Below, one piece after another: positions 8,564-19,473 of a stretch of DNA of 64,000 nucleotides. Within the stretch, counting starts at the first letter, position 1. Each line of letters starts with the position of its first letter. Source of the DNA: an uncultured Spirochaetota bacterium (GTDB lineage Bacteria > Spirochaetota > Spirochaetia > SZUA-6 > Fen-1364); assembly GCA_963734545.1 (NCBI GenBank), contig CAVTHO010000007.1:704001-768000 (forward strand), written 5' to 3'. A program made the position numbers and the translations under genes. Under the pieces are notes generated by a model that saw only the letters and a list, made by a program, of their open reading frames with translations, searched no databases and was not told where the DNA came from.

Positions 8564-9697
8564 TCATGAAGAGGTCCCGCGGATTTTCCATGCCGGGAGG
8601 TGACCGTGCGTCTGTTCGTTCCATTCGCTCGCCGGCAGCTTCTCGTGCACGCCCGTGATCACGCACCCTCCCGGGCGGAGCGCGCGTCTGAATCCTGCGA
8701 TTGTGATTTTCTGGGCGCGGGCGTCGAGGTACGAGAGCCGGTCGCGATATAAGATCAGGTCGAAGGATTCCGGGACGGGAACAAAGGCATCCGAACAGAC
8801 GAGAACGATCCTTTCGCGGACCGCGTCGTTTCCAGAGAACCGCCCGTCCTTTTCCTCCAGCACTCCGGACCTTTTCAGGTATTCCGGCACGTCTGAATGG
8901 GGCAGCGAGCAGTCCTGGGCTTCCACGATCGCCTCCAGCCTGTCAACGGCCCAGATTTTCGCACGCAGCCTGGGCCGGTCCATTGCGAGGATGCATGCGA
9001 GTGAGAGGGCATCAAGCCCTCGGCCGCATTCAGGGTTCCAGACCGAGAACTGCCGAGCGGATGAGCCGGGCATCAGCGGTTTCAGCCCCGCCCGGAGGCT
9101 TTCATTCCAGAGCGTATCGATGCAGGGCGAGCCGAAACCTGCAAGAAACTCCGCTGCACGCTCCCGGGTGGCAGGGAGTGCGCGGCCCCATTTCGCGCTC
9201 CGATACCGTCTCGTGACCCACGCGATGTTCACATCTGACACCGTGTAGGACGCGTGCTTCCCCAGGGCGTCACGAAGGTCGGTCCATGCGTCTGCGGCGC
9301 GGGGAACGGGGTGGTCTCCAAAGAAAGTGCCGGGATCCAGCATGTGTCGATCAGGCTTCGAGTCCGCGAAAGGCCCTGATATGCTGTCGACTGCGATGGC
9401 AACATTCGCTCCCGCTGTCTGAACAACCACTGCCGTGCCGGGAGGTGTCGCCTCTCCGCGGCGGGGGAGCATGCCAAGACGGGGGAGCGGATCGAGAACC
9501 GGCAGCGGCGCTCCCTTCCAGGTGTGCAATCCGAGAACATCTGCGGAGGCTCCGTTCAAGCGTGCGATTCGTTCGATGGCGAATGTCCCCGCCACGTTCG
9601 CGGATTCGATTCCGAATTCGACGCCGGCAATGGAAACCGTATAGATCAAACCTTCCGGTCCGTGCACACCTTGCGCGGGCATTGCATGGTCCGGCAC
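8564..9697 (-). CDS. CheW-CheR-like fusion (spirochaete CheW3-like, divergent)
   Basis: N-terminal CheW-like region (VLGLHTWKGAPLPVLD, AIAVDSI) and CheR-like region (SVWNPECGRG, FDLILYRDRLSYLD, ALRPGG..GVHE). Confidence 0.65.
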   Translation of the reverse strand: MPDHAMPAQGVHGPEGLIYTVSIAGVEFGIESANVAGTFAIERIARLNGASADVLGLHTWKGAPLPVLDPLPRLGMLPRRGEATPPGTAVVVQTAGANVAIAVDSISGPFADSKPDRHMLDPGTFFGDHPVPRAADAWTDLRDALGKHASYTVSDVNIAWVTRRYRSAKWGRALPATRERAAEFLAGFGSPCIDTLWNESLRAGLKPLMPGSSARQFSVWNPECGRGLDALSLACILAMDRPRLRAKIWAVDRLEAIVEAQDCSLPHSDVPEYLKRSGVLEEKDGRFSGNDAVRERIVLVCSDAFVPVPESFDLILYRDRLSYLDARAQKITIAGFRRALRPGGCVITGVHEKLPASEWNEQTHGHLPAWKIRGTSS

Positions 9698-9704
9698 GGG
9701 GGTC

Positions 9705-11373
9705 TCAGCTTCTCCGCTTCCGGGCAGTGGTCGCCGCAGCGATGTACGAAGCGACATCGATAATGAGCGCAACCTCCCCGTCCGCCCGGGCAGCCGCCGC
9801 GGCGATGCCGGGCGTCCGGGCCCCCGCGTAGTCGATGGCCGCGGGAGCAAGTCTCCCTTCCCCCTCCAGCTTGTCGAAAACAAGGACCGCATTCAGACCA
9901 CCCGCGCTCACCACAACGCCCGCGTGAGGGACATCGCCGCCGGGCGCCGCTATGACCTGCAGCTTTTCGCTTCCTGAAATGTACTCCTGCCCGGGCGGGG
10001 AGCCGGGATGCACTTCACAACTTCATCGACTGGGATCGCATAAACAGAGTCTCCGGCCCTGCCCAGGATGAAGCTTCCATCGATTCTCCCCTTCCCCCGC
10101 GGGCGGGGAAGCTCCAGTGAGAAGACGGTTTTCTCTCCGTTCTCGGATTCTATCTGGAAGCCGATGCCTTTGCGTGCGAGCCTCGGGCGTATGCCCGAAA
10201 GAGCCTCTTCGAGCTTCTGTTTCGATGAGACACGCCCCAGGTGGCGGAGACTCAGCCGTACCTTTTCTCCCTCGGCGTCAGCCTGCAGGTGAAGCCGGCT
10301 GACAGGGGCTCGAGTCTTTTTTTTCAGGCTTTGCGGTCGTCTTGTTTCAGCATCCAGCGAGGCGCGCACGCACCGATTTATCGTGGTGGCTGCCGTGTCC
10401 GCAAGCGCGGCGTCTATCTCGAGATCCTGCAGGTCAACGGCTGTCTCTACCGGGAATGACAGCTTCACCGCATGCCTTCGCACGAGCCGGGGAAACCGGC
10501 GAACAGTGCGGCGAGCCGGACGCTTCCGATCCGCGCAGCAGCCTCCCGGGCAGCCGCTGAGGCTCGCTCCCCTTTCTTCGCCGCCTCCCGCAGCCTGGCC
10601 GTGAAACCCGAGAATGATTCCTCGAACTCCGATGCGATCCTGCCAAAAGCGGCGACACGCGCGGACAGCTCGCCCGCAATGCTCGTGGTCGGCTGGCCGC
10701 GCGCCGCAGCGGCGAGCCCGCCGGGGATGGCCTCGAGAAGCTCACGAACACCGCGCTCCTGCTGCGCGGCCAGGGTGCGAAGCCCCGAAAGAAGGGCGAG
10801 GGATTCTTCCGCGGTCCGGGCAGCCAATGCGGCGGCCGCTCCGGATTCACCCGCTGCCGCCTGCGCCGCACGCAGGCGGCGCGCATCGACTCTCGTGAGC
10901 ACGAGGCCGGCCTGTCCCCCGGACCCTTCCGCGTCCTGCAGGCGCGCCGGCTGCGCGAGCAGGGTTTCCAGGGCGCGCGCCGCGGATTCACACGCGCCCG
11001 AGTCCGGGGCGCCCGCGACGTGCGCCTCCAGGAATTCAAGCGCGCCCCGGGCGGCGAAGTCGAGCATCGACCCCACCTCTGCACCCGCGGGTATCCGGCC
11101 TGCGCGAACCGCCCGCACGACATCCTGGACAAGCCGGGCGATCCGCACGACTCCCGGCATCACCGCCTGATCGAGCTCCCCCTTCAGGGAATGGGCCGCG
11201 CGGTATGCCTCGTCGAGCACGGCGCCCGGGTCCCGTGTCTTCCGCAGCGAACCGGCGCTTTCCGCCAGGAACGTGAGCAGACGGCGGGCCTCGTCCAGGG
11301 AAGCCTCTTCCATCGGGCCTGTCCGCGAATCAGTGCCATCGCCGGGAGGTGCGTCCTCGCGCGGGAAATCCAT
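9705..11373 (-). CDS. Degenerate CheA-like protein (Hpt, eroded kinase region, CheW-like P5); apparent frameshifts at ~10470 and ~10000
   Basis: Hpt motif YRAAHSLKG; TVFSLELP...VYAIPVDEV; C-terminal PGIAAAAARADGEVALIIDV, across three consecutive ORFs. Confidence 0.6.
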
Positions 11374-11513
11374 AGCTATTCCATAGTACAGGCGAGTGAT
11401 GAGCGGCGCAATACGCCGTGCCGCAATACGCGACATAATTGACGGGGCCGTGCTTCCTGTGTAGTATGGGGCCGCGGTGCGGTGCCCGCGTCATTCATCG
11501 AGGGGAGGTGCCG

Positions 11514-12227
11514 GTGGTCTTCCTTGTAGTGGAGAGCTCGCTCTCGGTGCGCGAGTCCCTGTGCCACGTTCTCCTCGCATTCGGGATCAGGGGCATCCCG
11601 GTTCCGAGCCGCCTCGCTGCCCTCGACGCCCTTTCTTCGGGTGATCAGATCGAGGGCGCGATAATCGACATCGACAACAGGGACGTCGAGGGTATTCAGC
11701 TCGTCGAAGAGCTCAAAAAGAACGAGCGCACGGCAGCCATCTCGGTCATCGTGCACACCGTACAATCCAGCAAGGGCTTCGTGATGCGGATGATCGAGCT
11801 GGGTGTCGTGGGATACCTCCTGAAGCCGTTCAGCGATTCGAATGCCAAGATCAAGCTCTCCGCGATCTTTTCGAAGATGGCCACGCACAACAGCCAGAGA
11901 AAACATATCCGGGTCAGGCCGGATCCGGGCGAGCTCGCGCGCGCGAGCTTTCGCGTCCCCAACTCGCCCCAGCTCGTTTCCGGCCGGATCGTCGATATCA
12001 GTCTCAGCGGGCTGGCCATTGAGTTGTTCAACCCGCCCGCGGCCGAGCTCCTTTCCCCGGGAACCTCGGTCAGCAGGCTGCAGTTCTCCCTCTCGGGGAA
12101 GGAGCTCTCCCCTTCGGGAAGCGTCGTGCTGTACAAAGCGAAAGTCCTCGCGCTGAGATTTGACATCATCAATCCCGCTGATAAAAAGGCCCTGGAACGC
12201 TATATTTTCAAGAGTATATCATCGTGA
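11514..12227 (+). CDS. Response regulator receiver-PilZ domain protein
   Basis: REC domain (AIIDID, YLLKPF) followed by PilZ motifs RKHIR and DISLSG; RBS GGGGAGG; promoter-like TTGACG-N17-TAGTAT at 11439-11467. Confidence 0.8.
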   Translation: MVFLVVESSLSVRESLCHVLLAFGIRGIPVPSRLAALDALSSGDQIEGAIIDIDNRDVEGIQLVEELKKNERTAAISVIVHTVQSSKGFVMRMIELGVVGYLLKPFSDSNAKIKLSAIFSKMATHNSQRKHIRVRPDPGELARASFRVPNSPQLVSGRIVDISLSGLAIELFNPPAAELLSPGTSVSRLQFSLSGKELSPSGSVVLYKAKVLALRFDIINPADKKALERYIFKSISS

Positions 12228-12258
12228 TAGCCTCGCGCAGTCAGAGGAGGAACCCGGC

Positions 12259-13390
12259 ATGATGAAAAGCACCCACGGGACTGTCAGGGCCGCTGCCCTG
12301 GGGCTTTTCCTGTTCATGTGCACCCCCGTGTTCCCCGCCAACATTGTGATTCCCACCATGGAGCTCATTACCCACGGCGTCAGCTCCGGGGGGTTGTTCA
12401 CTCTGCAGACCTACGGCAACATGGCCCTGGAAGTGCAGGGCGGGTACAAATTCGGGGGAAGCATTTCATTCGGGCTTCTCAACGAGCTGGACCTCGAAAA
12501 CGTCAGCATCCCCATCAAGTTTCTTTCGGCCAGCATGACCATCCGGGAAGCGTTCTCCCTGCCGCTGGACGTCGTCTATTTCGTGGGTCGAAACGATATA
12601 TTCGGGTCAGGAAGCGGATTTGCCGCTTTCGGCGCTCCGCCCATCATGACCCGGTACCGCGGTTTCCTGTACTTTCCGACTGATCCTCTCCTCCCCGGCG
12701 CCGATCTACGACGGGATCTACCAGGTGCAGGGCACCGGTGCGGAGCTGGCATTCACCCCCGTTGCCGGGACGTTCGGTGTCAATCTCTATCTCTACGAGG
12801 ATACGCACCAGGCATTCCCCGATCTCGGTTCCTACTCGGGGGACCTGAGGTTTCTTCTCAACTCGAGCGCCGTGAAGCTGGAGGGATTCGTGGGCGGGAC
12901 GGCAAGCCCCACCGCGCACAGAGGGATCTTCCGGGGAGGGCTCCTCTTCTACGCGGCGAACAACGATGTCGAGTTTCTTGCCCAGATCGGCATCCCCCGG
13001 TGGGACCCGAGCGTCGACTCGTCGCTGAACGTGAATCTCTTCTATCTCCTGTTCGAACCGCGCCTCCACCTCGGCCTGTTCAACATTGTGCCTACTTTCT
13101 TCTGGCACCCCGCGTATTACGATCAGACAGCGTATCCGACCGAGTCGGGTACCTTCGACGTGAACCTGAACCTCTATCTTGGCGACCAGACAAGCACGCC
13201 TTTGCAGGGCGGAATGGAAACAAATTTCCGTTTCCAATCCTCGGCGGGCGAAATGACGTTCAAGCTGTCTCCCTGGGTGGGTTTCAGCACCCCGGGCGTC
13301 CAGTGGACCATCAAGGTGAACACAAAGCTGTGGCCGTTCAAATGGAGTGACCTGCTGGACGGCTTCGTGGGCGTCCGCGCGGAGCTCTGA
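12259..13390 (+). CDS. Exported hypothetical protein, beta-rich, possibly outer membrane; one apparent frameshift (~12700)
   Basis: RBS GAGGAGG, signal peptide, alternating hydrophobic/aromatic strands; joins ORFs 12160-13350 and 12725-13390. Confidence 0.6.
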
Positions 13391-13406
13391 GCTTCCGGCC
13401 TGAACG

Positions 13407-13436
13407 AAAAGGGGCTCCCTCGCGGGAGCCCCTTTT
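13407..13436. terminator. Bidirectional intrinsic terminator
   Basis: AAAAGGGGCTCCC-TCGC-GGGAGCCCCTTTT between convergent genes. Confidence 0.85.
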
Positions 13437-13460
13437 GAATTTCTGACTGGTGAATATCGT

Positions 13461-14487
13461 CTACTGCGCCGGCTTCGTTGTCGCGTCCATCTTCTGCTGC
13501 TCGAGGAAGCGGAGGACCTGGATGTTCCCCAGGCGCTTGAGCTCGGCCAGACGCCGCGCCTCGTTGCGCTGCTGCAGGATGCCCCAGATCGCTTCGTCGT
13601 TGATGTCCCGCTCGGTGTCGATGATGGCCTTGTCGTAGGTGATCTTGATGTCCTGGACGTAGGTGACGAAGTCACCGCCTTCCTGCGCCGCGTCTCGATA
13701 CACGATGATTCCGACGATCTTCAGGTACGGCATGCCCTTCGGGTAGAGAGGGAACTTGCGCAGCTCGCGGTTCCTGACGTCCACGATGTAGTTGGGGTTG
13801 TCCCAGGTCAGGGTGCGCCAGCCGTCGAATGCCAGGTAGTCCATGAACATCGTCTGCTCGTTGCCGTCCTGGTCCGCGACGACAACACCGAGACCGTTGG
13901 GGAAGTTCGCGCCGTACACGGTGATGGAAAGGCTCTTCAGGACGCCGACGTTCTTCACGACGCCGTAGCCGTTGAACTTTTCACCCTTTCCCTTGTCCGC
14001 GTCCGCCACCACCATCTTGCCGGACGTGCAAGGAGTCCTTGTCCGCGTAGGCGGGGATGTCGAACGGCGGCTGGATCATGGCCCAGGAGTTGAACGGTTC
14101 CGTGGGGAAATGGATACGCACGCCCAGGATCTTCTTGCTGGCCATGTCCTTTCCGCCGAACGGCTTTGCCGTTGCGTTGGTCATGGCTTCCTTCGTCATG
14201 GTCACGCTCTGGTTGGCGACCGACCGGGCGGAGGATGCAAGCACCACCTGCCAGTTGTTCAGGGCAAGGGAGGACTTCATCGCGGCCTTGTCCTGTTCGG
14301 AGACCGAGGCTCCCGCGACATTGCTGTAGTCCACCAGCGTTGCCGCGTTCTCCGTCGGGGTCTTGTTTGCACCCATGACCTGATCTGCGCCCAGCTTGGT
14401 GAAATCGATGAGCACGGATTGGTCGGCAAAAAGTGCTGTTCCGCCGAGAAGAAGCCCAACGACAACAAAAACGAACAGCCGTTTCAT
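13461..14487 (-). CDS. flaA: Flagellar filament outer layer (sheath) protein FlaA; one apparent frameshift (~14025)
   Basis: VLIDFTKL, ILGVRIHFP, PPFDIPAY, GYGVVKNVGVLKS, FDGWRTLTWDNPNY, RDINDEAIWGIL motifs. Confidence 0.92.
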
Positions 14488-14532
14488 GCATTGCTCCTTT
14501 CGCTGCTAAATCCTTTCGGAGTTACATTCACA

Positions 14533-14560
14533 AGTATAGCGACAGGTCGCCTTTTGTCAA
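14533..14560 (-). promoter_or_regulatory. Sigma70-like promoter of flaA
   Basis: TTGACA-N16-TATACT upstream of RBS AAAGGAG and ATG 14487. Confidence 0.7.
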
Positions 14561-15066
14561 ATATTTTTCTTTTCCGGGAACCGCGGCAATTGTCCATCGA
14601 TAAAGAAGACGATCTGGCGCACGCGGGGGAAATTGAACCGTATGGAGCGGGCAAGGGCGGCGAGCGCGTCCTCTCCCTTGAGCGGAACCTCCGGGTCATC
14701 CACGAGAAGCCGGGGGGAGAGATCGATGTACAGCGTCCTGCCGTGAACCAGGGAGGAGAGCACGGAGCCTCCCCGCGGGAAGATTCGGAGCGCGTCGTGC
14801 CGCGTCGGCCCCAGGAGTACTCCTTCTGCGAGCTCGGCGACGTCCTGTTCCAGGATGCGGTGCCGCGGGAGGAGGCGCTCTTCCGCGACCATTCCTCTGC
14901 CCGTCTGCGCCGGGAAAAAGAGCACGCGCACTGCTTTCCCGTTCCCTGCCAGGAGGAAGAGGAGCAGGGAGAAGAAAAGGACCCCCAGAAATGCCGCTCC
15001 GAGGACCAGGGGCCGGCCCCGAAGCCGCGTGCGGAGTATGAAATCCAGTCTATCGAGCACCTGCAC
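14557..15066 (-). CDS. GerMN domain protein
   Basis: N-terminal TM helix; RVLFFP, LLGP, TLYIDLS, NFPRVRQIVFFIDG; lies between the amidase and flaA. Confidence 0.7.
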   Translation of the reverse strand: MQVLDRLDFILRTRLRGRPLVLGAAFLGVLFFSLLLFLLAGNGKAVRVLFFPAQTGRGMVAEERLLPRHRILEQDVAELAEGVLLGPTRHDALRIFPRGGSVLSSLVHGRTLYIDLSPRLLVDDPEVPLKGEDALAALARSIRFNFPRVRQIVFFIDGQLPRFPEKKNI

Positions 15067-16097
15067 TCCCGTCTTGTTCGAATCGCCCTATGAACGCCTG
15101 CACGCCACTGTACATACCCTGCGGCGAGGTCTTTCAAGTATCCGTCATCGGACAGGCGCGCCGCTTCGTCGGGATTGCTGACGAACCCCACCTCCACGAG
15201 GACGGCCGGCATCCGCGCGTTGCGCACCACGTACCAGTCGTTCTGGCGCAGCCCCCGGTCGGCGCTGAGCCGTCCCACCTTCCCATTGAGCCCGGAAAGG
15301 ATCTCCTGCGCCAGAACGGTGCTCTCCAGCGAGATTTCCTCCTCGAGCATGCCGTTGAGTATCGGCAGTATTTCGTGGTTTTCCTTCCCGGCGCTGTTCT
15401 CGTCGAGGAGTGTCCGCTTGTACTCGGGCGGGAGGCACCACACCTCGAATCCTGATGCGTTCTTGTTGAAGGGCGAGGTATTTGCATGGATGGAGATGTA
15501 CAGAACCGTGTCCTTTGATTTCTCGAGGAGCGAGTTCGCGACGACGACCCGGTCCTCGAGGGAGACAAACGAATCGGCGGTACGCGTGAAAAGTATCTCC
15601 TTGTCCGGATACGTGTTCTTCAACATTTCAGAAAGCATGCGGGCGACGCTCAAAGTCACGTCCTTCTCCATGACCGTGACGCGCCGCTTGCCCACCACGA
15701 CACTGCCGACCGCGCCGCCGTCCTTTCCGCCATGTCCCGGATCAATCAGGATGGCCGCCACGCGAAGGTGATTCCCCGCATGAGCGAGCCGGTCTCTCTG
15801 TACCGCCTCGCTCAACGCCGTGACCGACGCGGCAGTGAGCCAGACCGCGCCTTTCTTCCGCTGGGGCGCGTCGATACTCACCTTCATCCGGTAGTTGATG
15901 ACGGCCAGATCAATCCCGACCCCCAGGGCTATCCTGTCGGCTCCGAAGGAGATGATGCCGACATCGCGGAGCGGGTCCCACTCGAGCACACCCCCCAGGT
16001 CCCCCGCGAGCGACAGGAGATCCTTCTCCTGGGCCGCAGAGGTCGCGGCAAGCAGCACGATGAGAATGGCGCCCGCCAGTACACGTGCCTTCCTCAT
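15050..16097 (-). CDS. N-acetylmuramoyl-L-alanine amidase (Amidase_3); apparent frameshift near the 3' end (~15119)
   Basis: IDPGHGGKD, EKD, ISIHAN, MPAVLVEVGFVSN; correcting one base gives ...GMYSGVQAFIGRFEQDGSAGAR* ending at 15050. Confidence 0.9.
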
Positions 16098-17695
16098 AGC
16101 TCTGCAAGGAACTCCATGAGCCGCCCCCGGCTCGCCGCGAGCCGAACGCTGTCCAGCAGGTAGACCGCGCCCTGGACGCTTCCCCGAATCATTGCTTTCC
16201 AGAAAAGGCCCGAGAGAACGAACATATTGTCTGGCCGGCCGGTGCGCAGCGCCGCCTCGCCATGGAGGAAAGCAAGGCGGACCGCCTCCGCGAGCCGGAT
16301 GCCGTGCCAGTCCCTCGCCTCGCTCCGCTCGAAGCCCGGAACCGGCTGCACGGGAAGGGCCTTCCGGAAGGCCACGTGCCCGGGATCCCCGCTGAAGGGA
16401 GGCATCCTGTCGACCGCGGAGAGCAGGTCGACGGACGCCGCTCCGTAGGCGCTGTGACCGGATTCATGAAACAGAAATCGCGTCGTTGTTCCATTGAGCG
16501 GCCGGAGGCGGATGCCGATGGCGGCGATGCCACGCTCGGCAGCATCGACGGCCTCCCGACGGGTGTCGGCTGCCGCGATCACATTGCCGCACTTCTCGAC
16601 ATTGTTCGAAGGAAATACAACCTCACTGCCCGGCGCAACCCGGCTAAAGACCTCGGCCACGCCGGCGGATCTTTTCGCGTCCTCCACTCCCCATACCTGC
16701 TCCACCGTGCCGGGGATCGAGATGAATGCCCGCTCGGCGCAGGTGCGGTGGTGCCGCGGAGCGAGGTCCCCGGGAGGAAGACCGACGGCAATATTCATGG
16801 CCGCCTCCGTGACCTCGATCCCGGAGGAAAGGGGAAATGTCCATCCCGACATGTACCCGCCGGAGAGTCGGGCCGCGATCTCCCCGATCATGGGGCCGCG
16901 GGGGGTCATCTTGATGTCGCCCTTTGCCGCCCCATTGTCGATTCCGATGGCACGGATACCGGCGCGGAAGACCTCCTCCGCCTTCCGTACCACGGCCTCG
17001 TCAAGGTCTGTGGGCATTGTATGGCCCATCTCCACAAAGCTGGGGGGAAAAAAGATATGCCTGTCCGCGACACCGCACACGGTGATCCCGCCGCGATATA
17101 CAACCGCGTCGAGGCTCAGCTCTCTTCCCTCCATGAACTGCTCGACGATGACCCGTGAGGAGCGCGAAAGCCGGAGCGCTGCCCGGCAGGCGTCGGCCAG
17201 GCCCGCTTCATCGTCCACCCGGATCACCCCCCGCGAACCCATGTTGTCCACGGGTTTCACCACCAGCGGGAAAGTCATGCCTGAATCCAGAGCAGCTGCC
17301 GGATCGCCTTCACCCGTCCAGGCAGCGAAGCGAGGGCTGGGCACACCTGCCTTCATGAAGGCTTCACGCATCAGAGACTTGTCGGTCGCGCGCATGGCAA
17401 CGGCGTAGGGCATGCCGGGAAGGCCCATTTTTTCCGCCACCCACGCGACCGAAGAAGAAAAATCCGTGCCGGCCGTGAAGACGCCGTCCAGCGGGGTGTT
17501 CTCCGCGCAGCCGCGCGCCACCGTCAGGAGGCCTTCCCTGTCCTTGAGGTCCACGACCTCGAATCGGTCGGCCAGCTCCCTGGCCATCGCATGCGGATTG
17601 CCGTCCGCAACGATCACCCGCCAGCCCTTGCTTTTTGCAATGCGGATTGCGGGAACCTGCATGAGGCCCGCGCCGAGTATGAGGATGGTCTTCAC
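16094..17695 (-). CDS. ATP-grasp domain protein
   Basis: ILGAGLMQ, TDKSLMR, VVKPVDNMGSRGV, EQFMEG.E, EIAARLSGG. Confidence 0.85.
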   Translation of the reverse strand: MKTILILGAGLMQVPAIRIAKSKGWRVIVADGNPHAMARELADRFEVVDLKDREGLLTVARGCAENTPLDGVFTAGTDFSSSVAWVAEKMGLPGMPYAVAMRATDKSLMREAFMKAGVPSPRFAAWTGEGDPAAALDSGMTFPLVVKPVDNMGSRGVIRVDDEAGLADACRAALRLSRSSRVIVEQFMEGRELSLDAVVYRGGITVCGVADRHIFFPPSFVEMGHTMPTDLDEAVVRKAEEVFRAGIRAIGIDNGAAKGDIKMTPRGPMIGEIAARLSGGYMSGWTFPLSSGIEVTEAAMNIAVGLPPGDLAPRHHRTCAERAFISIPGTVEQVWGVEDAKRSAGVAEVFSRVAPGSEVVFPSNNVEKCGNVIAAADTRREAVDAAERGIAAIGIRLRPLNGTTTRFLFHESGHSAYGAASVDLLSAVDRMPPFSGDPGHVAFRKALPVQPVPGFERSEARDWHGIRLAEAVRLAFLHGEAALRTGRPDNMFVLSGLFWKAMIRGSVQGAVYLLDSVRLAASRGRLMEFLAEL

Positions 17696-19473
17696 TCACT
17701 CTCCCCTTACCGCGTAGGCCTCGAAAGTGTCCCCCCATCCCAGCAGCCTGCTCGCGGCGTGCACGAGCGCGAAAGCGCCGCCCGACTTGTCCGCCATGCG
17801 GCCGATCCATCCCGGGAACCTTTCCGGATGGTGTCCTGTCACGCGTATCCGCCTCAGCTCCAGGCCGTATCCGGAAAGCAGCTTCCTCAGTCCCCGGGGA
17901 GAAAGTATCGTGAAATGATCGGCGGGACTGTTCAGAAGAAAGTCCCGCATTTTCCTTCGTGCGGATATCCCCCTCCCGTTGGGAGTGGAGAAGGCCAATA
18001 CCCCGCCGGGCGGAAGAAGAGCGGCCGCCTTGCGGATCGCCAGCTCGGTCTGCTGAAAATGCTCGATCACGTACCAAAACGTCACCGCTGAAACCCGGTG
18101 CGGAAGAGCTTTTCTTTCCATGTTCTCGAATGCCGCGCAGACAGCGGGGATACCCAGCTTCTTCCTCACGTATGTGACAGCTCCCGGAGAGACGTCCACT
18201 CCATACCCGGGCATCGCCGCTTCCTTCAGGGCATCCAGGAAAGGCCCGTAGGCGCACCCCACGTCAACCACCACGCCCTCGGATTGCTCCCCCAGCAGCT
18301 CACGGATGATCCGGACCCGGGCCGGGATGCCGCTTTGATTGAATCGAAGTCCTGCAGATAGGTGCGTCCGTACTGCGCGCGATAGTCCGTAAAGAAGTAT
18401 CGCTTGTCGTACGCTTTCTCTTCTGCCGCAAAGCTCTCCAGGTAGGCCGTGCCGCACTTCCTGCATCGCCGATAGGTCCTGTCAGGAAAGCGGGCAATGA
18501 CCCTGTTGCCCGAAGTGCCGCACAGGGGGCATCGCGGGGATCCTCGCCGGGCAAGGGATCCCAGGAGCTTTGCGAGAGACTGTCCGCGGTTCCTGGGCAG
18601 GAAAGCGTTGAGGCTCTCCACGGGCGCCTGCAGCCTCCCCGGTGCAAGAAGCAGGCCGCGCAAAGCGTGCAGGTCAGGAGAACGAACCCCGATTCGCGGC
18701 ATGCCCACGGCGGCAGCAAGTCGTCCGTGGTAGCGGCTCGGGTTGAGCAGAATCGTGGGAATGCCGATCGCCAATGCGTCGAATGCGGTGGTCCCAAAAT
18801 GGGTAAACAGGAGGTCATAGTCGGGGAGCAGGGCGCAGAGGTCAGGGACGCCCTTGAGCACCGCAACGCCCTCCGGCCATTCGTGCGTGGAGAAGAGGGG
18901 GCCCTCAACCACGGTCAGTTGTGAGGGAGCAAACACTTTCTCACGGATGAGAGCATTGAGGAGCTTCCCGCTCAATCGAGCGCGGTCCTCGCCCCCGAAG
19001 CTCACCAGTACTTTTCTTACAGGAAGGCCGGCGCGCTTTCGCGCCCGCGCGGGAAGCTGGAGGTAGGCCAGGGACGAAAGGTTCGGCTGGAATGAGTCGG
19101 GTACCCGGGGAAAGGCGTCCACCAGAAAGGAAGCATGGTCCCTCGCCTCCCCCCCCTCGTCCAGGCACACGACCAGGCCATGCTCCATCAGGGCGTCCAC
19201 CTCGCCGCGTGAGGTCCGGCGCGCATCGATGAGCACGAGGTCCCAGCGCGTGCCGGAGCCGGGTTTCGCGATTGCCGCCGGGCGCCTGCGCTTTGGAAAC
19301 CTCAGGATCTCGCGGGCGAGATATGCGCGGGCCGCGGGATCCAGGCGCGCGGTCAGGAACGTCACAGGTCCTTCGAGCGTTCTCGCCAGCCGGAGGCACC
19401 GGGCAAGATGCCCCACGCCTTCTCCCGCTCCCGCAGCCGGAACGAGCAGGTAGGCGCGATTCCTTTTACCCAT
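17696..19473 (-). CDS. SpsG/PseG-like GT-B domain fused to a Zn-ribbon and class I SAM methyltransferase; one apparent frameshift (~18325)
   Basis: GVGHLARC, VLVSFGGED, THFGTTAFDA; CPLC...CRKC; VDVGCAYGPFL, WYVIEHF, FSTPN. Confidence 0.75.

Noticed and set aside
14518-14533. Rex operator upstream of flaA (TTGTGAA on the minus strand)
   Set aside because: Only one half-site; the matching TTCACAA arm is absent.
14484-16097. 537-aa amidase with a long C-terminal extension (ORF track)
   Set aside because: The extension comes from a one-base shift near 15119 and overlaps the GerMN gene out of frame.
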